From an uncultured delta proteobacterium (GTDB taxonomy: Bacteria; Desulfobacterota; Binatia; HRBIN30; BPIQ01), in assembly GCA_963761335.1 (NCBI GenBank), contig CAVXGR010000016.1, positions 288,001-352,000 on the forward strand: a stretch of DNA of 64,000 nucleotides, in the 5' to 3' direction. Shown here in pieces: positions 49,890-60,444 of the stretch. The position numbers and the translations under genes are program-made. The notes beneath the pieces are model-generated. The model made no database searches, had not been told where the DNA came from, and worked only from the letters and a program-made list of their open reading frames with translations. Position 1 is the first letter of the stretch, and every line of letters starts with the position of its first letter.

Positions 49890-51029
49890 TCAGAGTAGCA
49901 GCAGTCCGAGCGCCGCGAGAAGGCCCATGGCGCCGCCGAAGTAGAAGACCGCTGCGGGGCCGATTTGCTGCCAGAGCTGCCCGGCAAGTAGAGACGCAGG
50001 GAACAGGCCGACGCCGACGAGAGTGGCGTGCAGCCCCATCCCGGTAGCGCGCAACGACGCCGGTGTGAGGTCGGCTACCAGGGCCTTCTCGACTCCATCC
50101 GTGAGGCCCATGTACAGGCCGTAGACCCCGAACAGGGCCCACAGCAGGATGCCGTGTGGCGGTTGCAACAGGGCAAATCCGAGGTACACCGCGCCGTAGA
50201 ACAAGTAGCCGCTGACCAACAGGGTCTTGCGGCCGATGTGGTCCGAGAGCCAGCCGGCGGGGTATGAGGCCAGAGCGTAGACGGCGTTGAAGACCAGGTA
50301 GAGCAGGATCACCTTCGCCGGCGTGTAGCCGAGATCCTCGGCGCGCAGCAGCAGGAAGGTGTTCGATGAGTTGCCGAGGGTGAACAGGAAGACGACGACC
50401 AGGAACCAGCGCAACCGCCGCGGCAGGGTGCTCCAGCGAAGCGACGGCTGTACGGCGGCGGCCGAAGGCGCATGTGCCTTGGGCTCGCGCACCAAGAAGA
50501 GCAGCGCCACTGCGATTCCCGCCGGCACGAGCGAGCAGACAAAGACGAGCGCGTAGTCGCCGGTGTAGCGGGTGAAGAAGAGGTAGCCGAGCGTCACCCC
50601 GATCACGGCGCCAAAGCTGTCGAGGGCGCGGTGCAGGCCGAAGGCCCGGCCATGGCGTCCGTCGCCGGTGCTGTCTGCCAGCAGCGCGTCGCGCGGGGCG
50701 GTGCGGATGCCCTTGCCGACGCGGTCGACGACCCGGGCTCCCAGCACCATGCCCCATCCGGCCGCCAGTACGAGCAGAAGCTTGCCGATCGCCGAGCATG
50801 CATAGCCGGCGATGGTGAGCTTCTTGCGTTCCTGGAGGTGATCAGAGAGACGGCCGGAGAACACCTTCAGCAGGCTCGCCACGCTCTCCGCCAGGCCCTC
50901 GATCACACCGAGCACGGCCGGGCTCGCCCCCAGGCGCACCGTCAGAAAAAAGGGAACGAGCGGGTACACCATCTCGCTGGCGATGTCAGTGAGCAGCGAG
51001 GTGAGGCCGAGCAGAATGATGTTGAACAT
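49890..51029 (-). CDS. MFS transporter
   Basis: 'LTDIASEM', 'DRVGKGIRTAPRDAL', 'G.LSD.IGRK'; about 12 TM segments. Confidence 0.92.
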   Translation of the reverse strand: MFNIILLGLTSLLTDIASEMVYPLVPFFLTVRLGASPAVLGVIEGLAESVASLLKVFSGRLSDHLQERKKLTIAGYACSAIGKLLLVLAAGWGMVLGARVVDRVGKGIRTAPRDALLADSTGDGRHGRAFGLHRALDSFGAVIGVTLGYLFFTRYTGDYALVFVCSLVPAGIAVALLFLVREPKAHAPSAAAVQPSLRWSTLPRRLRWFLVVVFLFTLGNSSNTFLLLRAEDLGYTPAKVILLYLVFNAVYALASYPAGWLSDHIGRKTLLVSGYLFYGAVYLGFALLQPPHGILLWALFGVYGLYMGLTDGVEKALVADLTPASLRATGMGLHATLVGVGLFPASLLAGQLWQQIGPAAVFYFGGAMGLLAALGLLLL

Positions 51030-51236
51030 GGTGGAGGTCCGACGCGGATAGTCTGCATTGGCGCCGGATTCAACGCGACCGCCGAGCCGGTGCTCGAGGC
51101 ATCATCGCCGGAAGATGTCAGCGATGCAGTAATCCGGTACGGCAGAGCCCCCGGAACATCCCACTGGCCACACTTCTCCGACGGCGCCGACGGCTGTGGC
51201 GCTGGATCCTCGGCGAGAGTGCGAAGCTCGCCAGCT

Positions 51237-54200
51237 TCAGTCCACCGGGGGAATAATAATGGGCGTGCGCGTTGGAGTCCTCGTCGGCGTTCGCGTCGGC
51301 GTGGGGTTCTCGTAGTTGCCGAACTCCAGGTCCGCGGCTTGACCACATTCGATGAAGACGTGGTGGATCCCGGTGGGCGGGAAGGTCTGCGTCCACCCGG
51401 ACTGTAGAACTTCGGAGACGGTGTACATCATCTGCCCCGGCAGGTTGGTGCACCCCTGGATACCGGTGATGAGCGTGGCGAGCGGATTGGCACCGGCGTC
51501 GGTGACCTGAACCAACCAGCCGGCGATGTCCGGCTCGCCGATGTCGTGGAAGCCATTGTGGTTCTGGTCGATGAACTTGATGGCGCAGATCTCGCCCATG
51601 CAGATGGTCGCCGTAGGCGACACGGTGCGGGTCCGGGTCTGAGTAGACGGCGGGGAGGGGGTGCGCGTATGGGTCACCGTGCCCGTTGGCGTGCGCGTGG
51701 CGGTTGCGATCGTCGTCTGTGTGCGCGTTGCCGTCGGGGTGGGAGAGGGGGGCGCCGAGACCGTCGGTGGCGGAGATACGTCCTTGCACTTGCCGCGGCT
51801 CGAGGCGGCGATCGAATCGATCTCCGCTTCGGAGAGCACGGCGTTGAAGACCTCCAGCTCGTTGATCTCGATCTCGCCATGGATGTCTATCTGGTTCGGG
51901 AACAGTCTCGTGCCGCCGATCCAGAGGGGCGTGTTGGCGCTGTCCGCGGCCGGAGCGACAGCGACGAAATCTCCGACCGGGTTTCCCGGGGAGATCAAAT
52001 GGCTCCCGTTCAAGTAGAAGGTGCCCGCGTTCCCGGCGCCGCGGTTGACGGTCACGGCGACATGGATCCAGTCCGGCCACGGCGTGCTCAACGAGGACGG
52101 CACGGTGAACTTGGCCGTATAGATGGCGTTGCTCGCGTACGGGAAGGTGCTGATGCCGTCGCCGAGCGCGAACACCAGGTACATCTGGATGTCCTGCATC
52201 GTCCCCAGCGGTGGTGCCTGCGGAGCGGGGGGACAGGTGGCACAGGTGGCGGTGATCAGTAGGTACAACGCGTATCCGGTGTCGTTGGCGCCGAGCTTGT
52301 CGAGGATCGGTTCCACGACGCTGATGGTGTTGGGAAGAACCGGATGGACCTCGGTGGGCCTGATCCACGCGTCGATGGTCAGATCGGAGTTCGCCAGGTC
52401 GAGGTCCGGGCTCGGAGTGGGCACTTCCACATAGGTGCTCGGGACCGGGAAGAGCAGCGCGCCGTCGGGCGGCGTCGTCGCCAGGTTGCCCGGCACGCTG
52501 ATCGGACCGGCGGACGCAGGCGCGCTGATCGGGCCGGGTTGCGGGACGCCGTTGTTTGCCGGCGGCAGACCGATGTCATGTACGATCGTTGCACCCGCCG
52601 CTTCATCTAGGGGCCACCACGCCACCATGTGTGCGTATTCGGGCGGCGTGATGCACGGGGCCACTGTCGCCGTGGGAGTTGGCGTCGGCGTGGGCGTGCG
52701 CGTCGGCGTCGGTATGGTGTTGGTTCTCGTCGGCGTCAAGGTGACGGTCGGTGTTGGAATGATGTTGGTGAAGATGCACTGCAGAGCGACACCCCCGAGC
52801 GAGCTGAAGTAATACAGCACCGTGGTGTCGCCGGGCTCGAAGCCGTTGGTCGGGTTGACGCTCGCCCCGAGAATCGTGAAGGTTCCGGAGCCACTCAGGA
52901 AGCTGCAGGCGATGTTGGACAGCGTCGTGTCGGGTGGGAGGATCTCGTACACGTCGAAGATCGGGCCGCAAGGCACCGGCTTGGTGATGCACTGGCCGTC
53001 GTTCAGGGTCACGCCCTGAAAGATGGCGCCGGCGCTGAAGTTGAAGGCCGTTCCGCCGTTGGGGATGGTTTGCTTGCACACCGTCATCGAGCAGGGGGCC
53101 GGGGTCCCGGTCTGCGTGGCGGTGCCGGCCGGCGTCGGCGTGCTCGATACCGTCGGGGTGGGCGTCCGCGTTGGCGAGGTGCTCGGCGGAGGCGTCGGAC
53201 AATCGCAGATGCTGACCGCCAAGCTGACGTAATCGACGCTGGTGTCGTCCTGTACGTAGATGTCCAGAGATCGGCGCAAGTCGAGATCCGCAATCAGGTT
53301 CATTCCACCGGGCAGGCTCGCCAGGTTCAAAACGAACGTCGCCCCGTGCGGCAGGGGAAAGTTGCTCGGCGTCCATTGAGCGCCCAGCAACGCCGGCAAC
53401 CCGGAATTGCCGCTGCCAAAGTAGGCCGCCCAGTGAGCCCCGACGAACTGGCCGGCGGGGCTCACGAAACCCAGCTGCACAGAGTCGTTGCGACTGCCGG
53501 GCGCCGGGTTGGTGGAGATCGGGCGGGCGCGGAAAACCAGCTGCGCCTGCTGAACGCATTTCCCCTGTGGGAGGACAAAGGTGTGCCCGAAGCGCCGATC
53601 GATTGCTCCGCCGTCGAAGATGACGGGAGAGGGCGGTTGGATGATGCTGAGCAACCCTGGACTGGGGGACGCCAGCTCGGTGCCGCTGGCGGTGCTGAAG
53701 CTGTCCGGCACTCCCGCGTGCAAGAAGCTGGGCGGGCACGGGCGTCTGTCGGCCGCCAACGCGATCGGCTCGTCCTCGGCATTCTCCAGCAACAGGATCA
53801 CGATGCTGCCGAGCTGCCCCGGATCGGATGGCAGGTGCTCGTAGCAGAAGCAGTCCCCCCTCGGGCTCTGCACGCAGGTGCCCTTGCAGGTGGCGATGCA
53901 GTCGTCGCAATCGTCGGCGTTCTGGCGCGTGTAGATAACGATCTGCCCGAGGCGGTCGGCTGCAACGCCGTTGTCGATGAGCAGCTGCGACAACAGCGCT
54001 CTGAGCTCCCCCTCGTCTTCCGAGGCGGAGTCCTCGAGCGCGGCGACGATCGGGGCGGCTTGTGCCAGGGTCAGGACTCTCGTCGGGTAGACGAGGTGGT
54101 GGAGATCGCCCGGAAGAGCGTCGTACGTCGCCGGTCCACAGGGGGCGAAGATGTCGTGAAGCGATGCCGCGATGTCACTCTCGGTGATCTGGTTGTCCTG

Positions 54201-54431
54201 ATCGAGGTCGCCCGAGGGGCAGGTGGACACCTCGTCGTTGGCTGTGGCGATGCGGGTCAGTCGAACGATATCGGCTGCGCTCACACGGCCGTCGGCGTCG
54301 CAATCCCCCACACACTCCGGCGCCGCTTCTGCCATTTGCGCGCTGGTCGCGACCACCAACAACAGCCCGAGCTGCACGAGGCGGCGCCCCAGCGCCGACC
54401 CGACCGCGTCTGCCTTCTGGAGGCGTGTCAT
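51237..54431 (-). CDS. Large secreted mosaic protein: CVGDC dockerin-like pair, Cys-rich segment, LamG-like and SdrD-B-like domains, Thr/Pro linkers
   Basis: Signal peptide; 'CVGDCDADGRVSAAD...GDLDQDNQITESD'; 'WWPLDE...TIDAWI...W.HVAVT...INELEVFN.VLS..EI'; 'KFIDQNHNG..D.GEP...GW'. Confidence 0.8.
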   Translation of the reverse strand: MTRLQKADAVGSALGRRLVQLGLLLVVATSAQMAEAAPECVGDCDADGRVSAADIVRLTRIATANDEVSTCPSGDLDQDNQITESDIAASLHDIFAPCGPATYDALPGDLHHLVYPTRVLTLAQAAPIVAALEDSASEDEGELRALLSQLLIDNGVAADRLGQIVIYTRQNADDCDDCIATCKGTCVQSPRGDCFCYEHLPSDPGQLGSIVILLLENAEDEPIALAADRRPCPPSFLHAGVPDSFSTASGTELASPSPGLLSIIQPPSPVIFDGGAIDRRFGHTFVLPQGKCVQQAQLVFRARPISTNPAPGSRNDSVQLGFVSPAGQFVGAHWAAYFGSGNSGLPALLGAQWTPSNFPLPHGATFVLNLASLPGGMNLIADLDLRRSLDIYVQDDTSVDYVSLAVSICDCPTPPPSTSPTRTPTPTVSSTPTPAGTATQTGTPAPCSMTVCKQTIPNGGTAFNFSAGAIFQGVTLNDGQCITKPVPCGPIFDVYEILPPDTTLSNIACSFLSGSGTFTILGASVNPTNGFEPGDTTVLYYFSSLGGVALQCIFTNIIPTPTVTLTPTRTNTIPTPTRTPTPTPTPTATVAPCITPPEYAHMVAWWPLDEAAGATIVHDIGLPPANNGVPQPGPISAPASAGPISVPGNLATTPPDGALLFPVPSTYVEVPTPSPDLDLANSDLTIDAWIRPTEVHPVLPNTISVVEPILDKLGANDTGYALYLLITATCATCPPAPQAPPLGTMQDIQMYLVFALGDGISTFPYASNAIYTAKFTVPSSLSTPWPDWIHVAVTVNRGAGNAGTFYLNGSHLISPGNPVGDFVAVAPAADSANTPLWIGGTRLFPNQIDIHGEIEINELEVFNAVLSEAEIDSIAASSRGKCKDVSPPPTVSAPPSPTPTATRTQTTIATATRTPTGTVTHTRTPSPPSTQTRTRTVSPTATICMGEICAIKFIDQNHNGFHDIGEPDIAGWLVQVTDAGANPLATLITGIQGCTNLPGQMMYTVSEVLQSGWTQTFPPTGIHHVFIECGQAADLEFGNYENPTPTRTPTRTPTRTPIIIPPVD

Positions 54432-54744
54432 CGTTGCCGAAGCAAATCGGCTCGGATGGCCCGCTTGCTTGCCGAGAGGAGGTTCTCGAAACCTGCGCGT
54501 CTCGAGCCGAGCCCTGTCGCGCCGCGTCCTTTGCGCAACAGTGGCCGTCCCGGCGCCATCACTGGAGGCATCCTTTTTCCCCTTTAGCGTGTCTATACCG
54601 CACACGATCTAGCCCTGTCGAGACAAAACGACCGGCCACAACGACCGGCCCGTGGCGGACGTGGTGCGGACCCGGGGCATTGCTCTACTCGTGGTGCGAT
54701 CTCCGCTCTGTCGGCGGCCCCAGCCTGCGTGCTAGACGAGTGCG

Positions 54745-55665
54745 ATGGCCGATGCAGACTTCACCGTCCACCAGGCGCGTGTGCGCGACCGGCTCTCGCT
54801 CGCCTACGTCCGCGAAGGAGCGGGGGGATATCCCCTGCTGCTGATTCACGGCTGGCCGGAAACCAAGCGCATCTGGTGGCGCAATGTGGCGCCGCTGGCG
54901 GCGGCGGGGTTCGAGGTCATCGTTCCCGACCTGCGCGGCTTCGGCGACTCGGATCTGGCGCCCGATGGCCACTACGACCTGGCCACGCATTCGCGCGACC
55001 TCCACGCCCTGGTCCACGACGTGCTCGGCCAAGCGCGCTGTGCCGTCGTCGCCGGCGACCTCGGCGGCGCGGTCGCCCCCGATCTGGCGTTGCGGTTCCC
55101 CGGGTTCGTCGAGCGCCTGTGCCTCTTCAACACGGTCGTGCCCTTTCTCCCCGAGGACTACGCCGCCGCCGGGATCTCCTCCGATCTGCCGCGCCAGTCG
55201 CGGCCGGCCGCCGACTATTTCCTGCGCCAGTCGACGGATGCGGACGGCCTCGCGTCCGAGCTCGATACGGCGGCCCGGCGGGTGGGCTACGTCTCCGAGT
55301 TCTACGGGCACCGTTTCTGGGCCGCGGCCGGCACCTTCGACGCCGCGGCGGTGCGCTTCATGAGTGAGCCGTTTGCCGACGCCCAGCGTTTCCGCGCCAG
55401 CATCGCCAACTACGAGTACGCTGCCGGACGCCGCGCCGCGGCGGAGCCGCCGCGCTTTTTCGAGAAGGTGCCGACGCCGGCGCTGATCCTCTACGGACCT
55501 GAAGACCACGTGGTGCCGCGCGACTTCCCGCAGCGCGCCGCCGTCGCCTATCCGGAGCACGTGGGGCCGTTCGTGGTGCCGGGCGCGGGCCACTTTCTCC
55601 AGTGGGAAGCGGCGCCGCTGCTCAATCAGGCACTGATCTATTTCCTCGCGGACCGGCGCAGGTGA
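54745..55665 (+). CDS. Alpha/beta hydrolase (epoxide hydrolase-like)
   Basis: 'HGWP', 'DLRGFGDS', nucleophile 'GDLGG', 'AGHF.QWE'. Confidence 0.9.
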   Translation: MADADFTVHQARVRDRLSLAYVREGAGGYPLLLIHGWPETKRIWWRNVAPLAAAGFEVIVPDLRGFGDSDLAPDGHYDLATHSRDLHALVHDVLGQARCAVVAGDLGGAVAPDLALRFPGFVERLCLFNTVVPFLPEDYAAAGISSDLPRQSRPAADYFLRQSTDADGLASELDTAARRVGYVSEFYGHRFWAAAGTFDAAAVRFMSEPFADAQRFRASIANYEYAAGRRAAAEPPRFFEKVPTPALILYGPEDHVVPRDFPQRAAVAYPEHVGPFVVPGAGHFLQWEAAPLLNQALIYFLADRRR

Positions 55666-55710
55666 GTGCGCCGCCCGGGTCGCTCACGCGGCGCTCGTCT
55701 CCTGCGGCCT

Positions 55711-56733
<1,023 letters not shown>

Positions 56734-56752
56734 TCATCATCCCCTTCAGTTC

Positions 56753-56828
56753 CAATGCCGGTTAGATAAGCTCGGGAGCCCCTTCGGGGCGAGCTCCTCC
56801 TCCCATTACTCTTAACTAACCGGCATTG
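56753..56828. mobile_element. 76-bp candidate MITE with IS4-like terminal inverted repeats
   Basis: caatgccggttagataag / cttaactaaccggcattg (17/18). Resembles the IS4 end TAATGCCGATCAGTTAAG as I recall it. No target duplication visible. Confidence 0.65.
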
Positions 56829-56831
56829 GGG

Positions 56832-57836
56832 CTAGGTCCGACGGCGGGATGGACCTCTCTCGCCTGGGCCCTTGGATCCCGGCGCGAAGGGAGCAGCAGC
56901 AATTCGCGTCAGCTCAGCCTCGGCTGCTTGCAGGCTGTCGAATACCAGGCCCCGGTTGGACTTGGCGGCAGCGGCCACCTTGGCGGCGTCAGCGCCACCG
57001 AGCCACAGCTCGCACTCCCTGGGGAGCCCCCCTTGAATCGCCGCAAGCTCGTCGATCGCGCGGCTGCGGTTCTCGCTGGCGACGAGGCTCAGGCCGACGA
57101 CGCACGCTTCGCTGCGCGCCGCCGCGGTCAGGATGTCGGCGGCCGGCAGGTCGACACCAAGATAGAGAACGTTGATCCCCGCATCCCGTGCCAGCAGGGC
57201 GAACAGCAACAGGCCGATCTCATGCCGCTCTCCGGCCAGCGTTGCCAGCACGATCGGGCGGCCCAGCGCGCTGCGGCCGAGCATCAAGCCGGCGAGCAGG
57301 TTGCGCAGGATCCCGGTCGACAGGTGCTCCTCGGCAATCGAGAGCGTGCCCTCAGCCCAGTGTGCGCCGACTCGGTGAACCAGCGGCAGCGCAATTTCGT
57401 GCACGAAGCCGCGGACGCCCAGGCCGACGACGGCGTCTCCCAGCAGACGGGTCGCTGCCTCATCGTCGAAATGCTCCAATCGCTCCAGGATGCGAGTGAT
57501 GGAGTCTGCGGCGGGCGAGGGTGTGCGGGCGCTCTCGGGTACCTGGCTGCCCGGGGGGTGCTGCGCCGCGAGCCTCTCCAGCTCGACCGGGCTCAATGCG
57601 GCGACGTCTCCGATCGCTCGGCCCGCCCGCACCACCCGTGACAGCAAGCGCAGGTGCGCGATGTCTGCCGAGGAGTACAGGCGGGCGCCGCGCGCACCGC
57701 GGATCGGGGCCACCACCGCGTGGCGCTTCTCCCAGGCGCGAATGAGGTCCGGCGTGAGGCCAGTCATTGCTGCCACGGTTCGCAGGGGGAAGGCCTCGTG
57801 AGCCGCGACTCTGCGTCTTTGTTCGGTGGCCTTCAT
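56832..57836 (-). CDS. MerR-family cobalamin-binding regulator (CarH/LitR-like)
   Basis: MerR HTH 'IRAWEKRH...P.R...G.RLYS'; Wx9EH 'WAEGTLSIAEEH'; ExHxxG 'ERHEIG'; 'YLG.DLP'. Confidence 0.9.
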   Translation of the reverse strand: MKATEQRRRVAAHEAFPLRTVAAMTGLTPDLIRAWEKRHAVVAPIRGARGARLYSSADIAHLRLLSRVVRAGRAIGDVAALSPVELERLAAQHPPGSQVPESARTPSPAADSITRILERLEHFDDEAATRLLGDAVVGLGVRGFVHEIALPLVHRVGAHWAEGTLSIAEEHLSTGILRNLLAGLMLGRSALGRPIVLATLAGERHEIGLLLFALLARDAGINVLYLGVDLPAADILTAAARSEACVVGLSLVASENRSRAIDELAAIQGGLPRECELWLGGADAAKVAAAAKSNRGLVFDSLQAAEAELTRIAAAPFAPGSKGPGERGPSRRRT

Positions 57837-57862
57837 GTCAGCTCTTTTCACTCCGCTCCCTT

Positions 57863-58885
57863 TCAGGTATGCGCGGCGACCCACGCATCGACTCGCTCCC
57901 ACTGCGTATCGAGCCACTCGCTGCGGCCCTCCGCAGTTCTTGGAATCTCCGCGCTTGGCACCCGCCAGAAGCACAAGCGAACGGTGCGGCCGATCAGCTT
58001 CCCTCTCCAGATGTCGTTCAGATCTGCGGTGCCTTCGAAGCCGACGTGCGCCAGGAATGCGACATCGATGTCCGGGCGGGTCTCGAGCAGCGCCAGTGCG
58101 CCACCGCGCCGGGGCGGCAGGACATGATGGAGGCGTTGCGCGCGCCGGAGCTGCTCCGGCTGCCGGGTGGCGGCGAGGCGCGCCAGGGCGCGCTCGCGCT
58201 TCGCCGGGGTGAAGCGCGTGCCTTCGGGAAACAACAAGACGCCGTCGCGCTCTCCGACGGAGATGGCGAGCTGGCGGAGCAACGCCAGCTCTTTCTCGCG
58301 CTCGCCCGATCCGCGGCGCACGAAAGTGTTGCGGGTTCGTTGCCCGACGATGTCGAGACACGGGTCCCAGAGCAGCTCGCGCTTCATCACGTGTCCCAAG
58401 CGCAGCGTGTACGGGTGCGATGCGAACACGGCGGGCAACAACGTGTCGAGGGTGCTCGCATGGCGGCCGAACAGAAAAAGCGGCCCGCGGCGCACCTCCT
58501 GCTCGCCGGTCACCTCCACTCGCATGCCGAAAAGGCGGGTGGCGCCGGCGAAGAGTGTCAGCGCCCAGGCGCGTTGCAGGACGAGATTCCAGGTCACCAC
58601 GCGATCGACGGTGGCGCCGGGCCACAGGCCGCTGGCCACCCACAGCCCAGCGCTGGCGACGATGCCGACCGCCTCGCAAACGAAATAGAGCGTGAGCCCC
58701 AGCGCACAGCGCACGCTGACGAGGTGGCCGGTCCGGCGGAACGCATCGGTGGCCAGCGCCAGGAGTATGGTCAACGGCAGCAGCGCAAGGCTCAGAGCTC
58801 CCAGGCCCAGGTAGATCGGGACAGTCACGGCACGGCGACACCAACGCGCCCGGAAGCTTTCCTCGAGGGCCGGCGGCGAGCTCAT
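57863..58885 (-). CDS. 1-acyl-sn-glycerol-3-phosphate acyltransferase family (PlsC-like)
   Basis: HxxxxD 'HASTLD'; 'FPEGTR'; N-terminal TM segments. Confidence 0.88.
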   Translation of the reverse strand: MSSPPALEESFRARWCRRAVTVPIYLGLGALSLALLPLTILLALATDAFRRTGHLVSVRCALGLTLYFVCEAVGIVASAGLWVASGLWPGATVDRVVTWNLVLQRAWALTLFAGATRLFGMRVEVTGEQEVRRGPLFLFGRHASTLDTLLPAVFASHPYTLRLGHVMKRELLWDPCLDIVGQRTRNTFVRRGSGEREKELALLRQLAISVGERDGVLLFPEGTRFTPAKRERALARLAATRQPEQLRRAQRLHHVLPPRRGGALALLETRPDIDVAFLAHVGFEGTADLNDIWRGKLIGRTVRLCFWRVPSAEIPRTAEGRSEWLDTQWERVDAWVAAHT

Positions 58886-58890
58886 GCCGG

Positions 58891-59478
58891 TCAACCGTGG
58901 CTCGGGAGCGCGCGGCGCGGCGGGCCGCCACGCGATGCGCTTGCGGGCTCCCAGCGTTGCGGCACCTTGCGAATCTGAGAGGTGTCGTAACCCTCGCGGG
59001 CCAACAGCTCGAGGATGTGCTGGTAGTCCGTTTCCGGGATCGCCGGCTGGCGGGCCATGATCCACACGTAGTCGCGCTTCTCTCGTCCGATCACCGTCTG
59101 CGTGTAGCCGCTGTCCAGATACACGATGCGAAAGTCACCCTTGAACGGCCAGATGAATTGCATGCCCCAGACGGCATTGCTCTGCCTGTCGAGCACGAAG
59201 CCGCGCGGCTGATAGCGCTTCAGCTCTCCGTCGAAGTCGCCCCGACGGAATGTGAAGGTGGTGGTGATCGTGCCGTCGTCGCTGAGTCGGTACGATTCGA
59301 CCGCGTTGTACGCATCCCTTTCGACGAAGGTGGGGATGTTGGCAATCACATACCAGTCGCCCATGAATCGCGTCAGGTCGACATGGGGCATCGTGTGGAT
59401 GGGCGGGCGTCGCGCCGCCGCGCAGCCGGCGAGGAGGAGGCCGCTCAGCAATACCCAGATGTGGAAGTTCTGCTTCAT
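58891..59478 (-). CDS. blc: Bacterial lipocalin lipoprotein
   Basis: Lipobox 'LAGC'; 'VDLTRFMGDWYVIA'; 'YVWIMAR'. Confidence 0.9.
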   Translation of the reverse strand: MKQNFHIWVLLSGLLLAGCAAARRPPIHTMPHVDLTRFMGDWYVIANIPTFVERDAYNAVESYRLSDDGTITTTFTFRRGDFDGELKRYQPRGFVLDRQSNAVWGMQFIWPFKGDFRIVYLDSGYTQTVIGREKRDYVWIMARQPAIPETDYQHILELLAREGYDTSQIRKVPQRWEPASASRGGPPRRALPSHG

Positions 59479-59500
59479 TTCCTCGGTCCTTCAATGGGAC

Positions 59501-60304
59501 TCACCTTCCGTGGGCCCCGTACCCGTCGGCGGGACGCTTCGCGGGACCGGGGAAGAACGCGTTGGTGCGCAACATGTACTGGCGATACGCCGGCCGCCGT
59601 TCTCCGATATCCTTCTCGAGCAACGCAACCCCCGAGACTCTCAGCAGCAGCAACGACATCAGGAGCGGTCCCGGCAAAGACCACCAGGCGCCGGCCGCCA
59701 AGGCAATGAGATATAAGCCCCACCACGTACAGCAGTCTCCGAAGTAGTTGGGGTGGCGGGTGTAGTGCCAGAGACCTCGGTCCATTACCTGATCGCGGTT
59801 GGCGGGGAGGCTCTTGAAACGGGCGAGCTGCCAGTCGGCGACCGACTCGAAGCCGAAGCCGACGGCCCAGAGTACTATTCCCGCACCGTCGAGCATCGTG
59901 ATCTCCCCCGGTGCCGCAATCGCCGCGAGCAATGGGAGAGAAATGATCCACGCGAGCGCGCCTTGCAAGCCGAAGCTCAGGTACAGGCTCTTCAGGGCAA
60001 AGTGGGGCTCGTTGTGGCGGCGAATCTTCCGGTACCGGCGGTCCTCCGCTTCGCCCCAGTTGCGCCAGGTGAGATGGCCGGCGAGGCGGAAGCCCCAGAT
60101 GCCGACGAGCGCCAGAACCAACGTCGTCCGCGGACCCGGATGCGGCACCGTCGCAGCGTAGGTTGCGGCGGCGGCGATGAAGAGCAGCGGCCACACGCTG
60201 TCGACAATGCTGACGTCGCGTTTGTACAAGCTGACGCACCAGGTGGCCAATGCCACGGCCAGAATGACCGCGAAGCCGGCCAGAAAGCTGTCGGGGTGAA
60301 ACAT
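59501..60304 (-). CDS. DUF1295 / steroid 5-alpha-reductase-like membrane protein
   Basis: 'SIVD..W', 'EDRRY', 'AD.QL..FK', 'GLW.YTRHPNYFG'. Confidence 0.9.
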   Translation of the reverse strand: MFHPDSFLAGFAVILAVALATWCVSLYKRDVSIVDSVWPLLFIAAAATYAATVPHPGPRTTLVLALVGIWGFRLAGHLTWRNWGEAEDRRYRKIRRHNEPHFALKSLYLSFGLQGALAWIISLPLLAAIAAPGEITMLDGAGIVLWAVGFGFESVADWQLARFKSLPANRDQVMDRGLWHYTRHPNYFGDCCTWWGLYLIALAAGAWWSLPGPLLMSLLLLRVSGVALLEKDIGERRPAYRQYMLRTNAFFPGPAKRPADGYGAHGR

Positions 60305-60325
60305 GCGATCTTCTCCTCAGCCGCT

Positions 60326-60402
60326 TTCATATCTCCGATGGCGATCGCTTGTCAAGTTCTGTCAGGACGCAACTTGACATGGGCGCGCCGGCCCGCTACA
60401 AG
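60326..60402. promoter_or_regulatory. Back-to-back sigma70 promoters with a candidate CarH/LitR operator
   Basis: TTGACA on both strands (60350-60355 minus, 60374-60379 plus) within 9-bp IR tgtcaagtt-N12-aacttgaca; extra tgtca at 60360; -10-like TACAAG (17 nt) and TATGAA (18 nt). Confidence 0.6.
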
Positions 60403-60444
60403 TCGATGCCGCAACGGTTCCAATAAGGACGGGAGAAGGAACAT

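Noticed and set aside
51030..51236. Possible fluoride riboswitch upstream of the MFS gene
   Set aside because: No GGCGATGG...TGATG..CCT consensus arrangement found.
56761..56820. Possible integron attC site (GTTAGAT...AACTAAC)
   Set aside because: Core order is the reverse of attC (RYYYAAC should come first); better explained as IS4-like TIRs.
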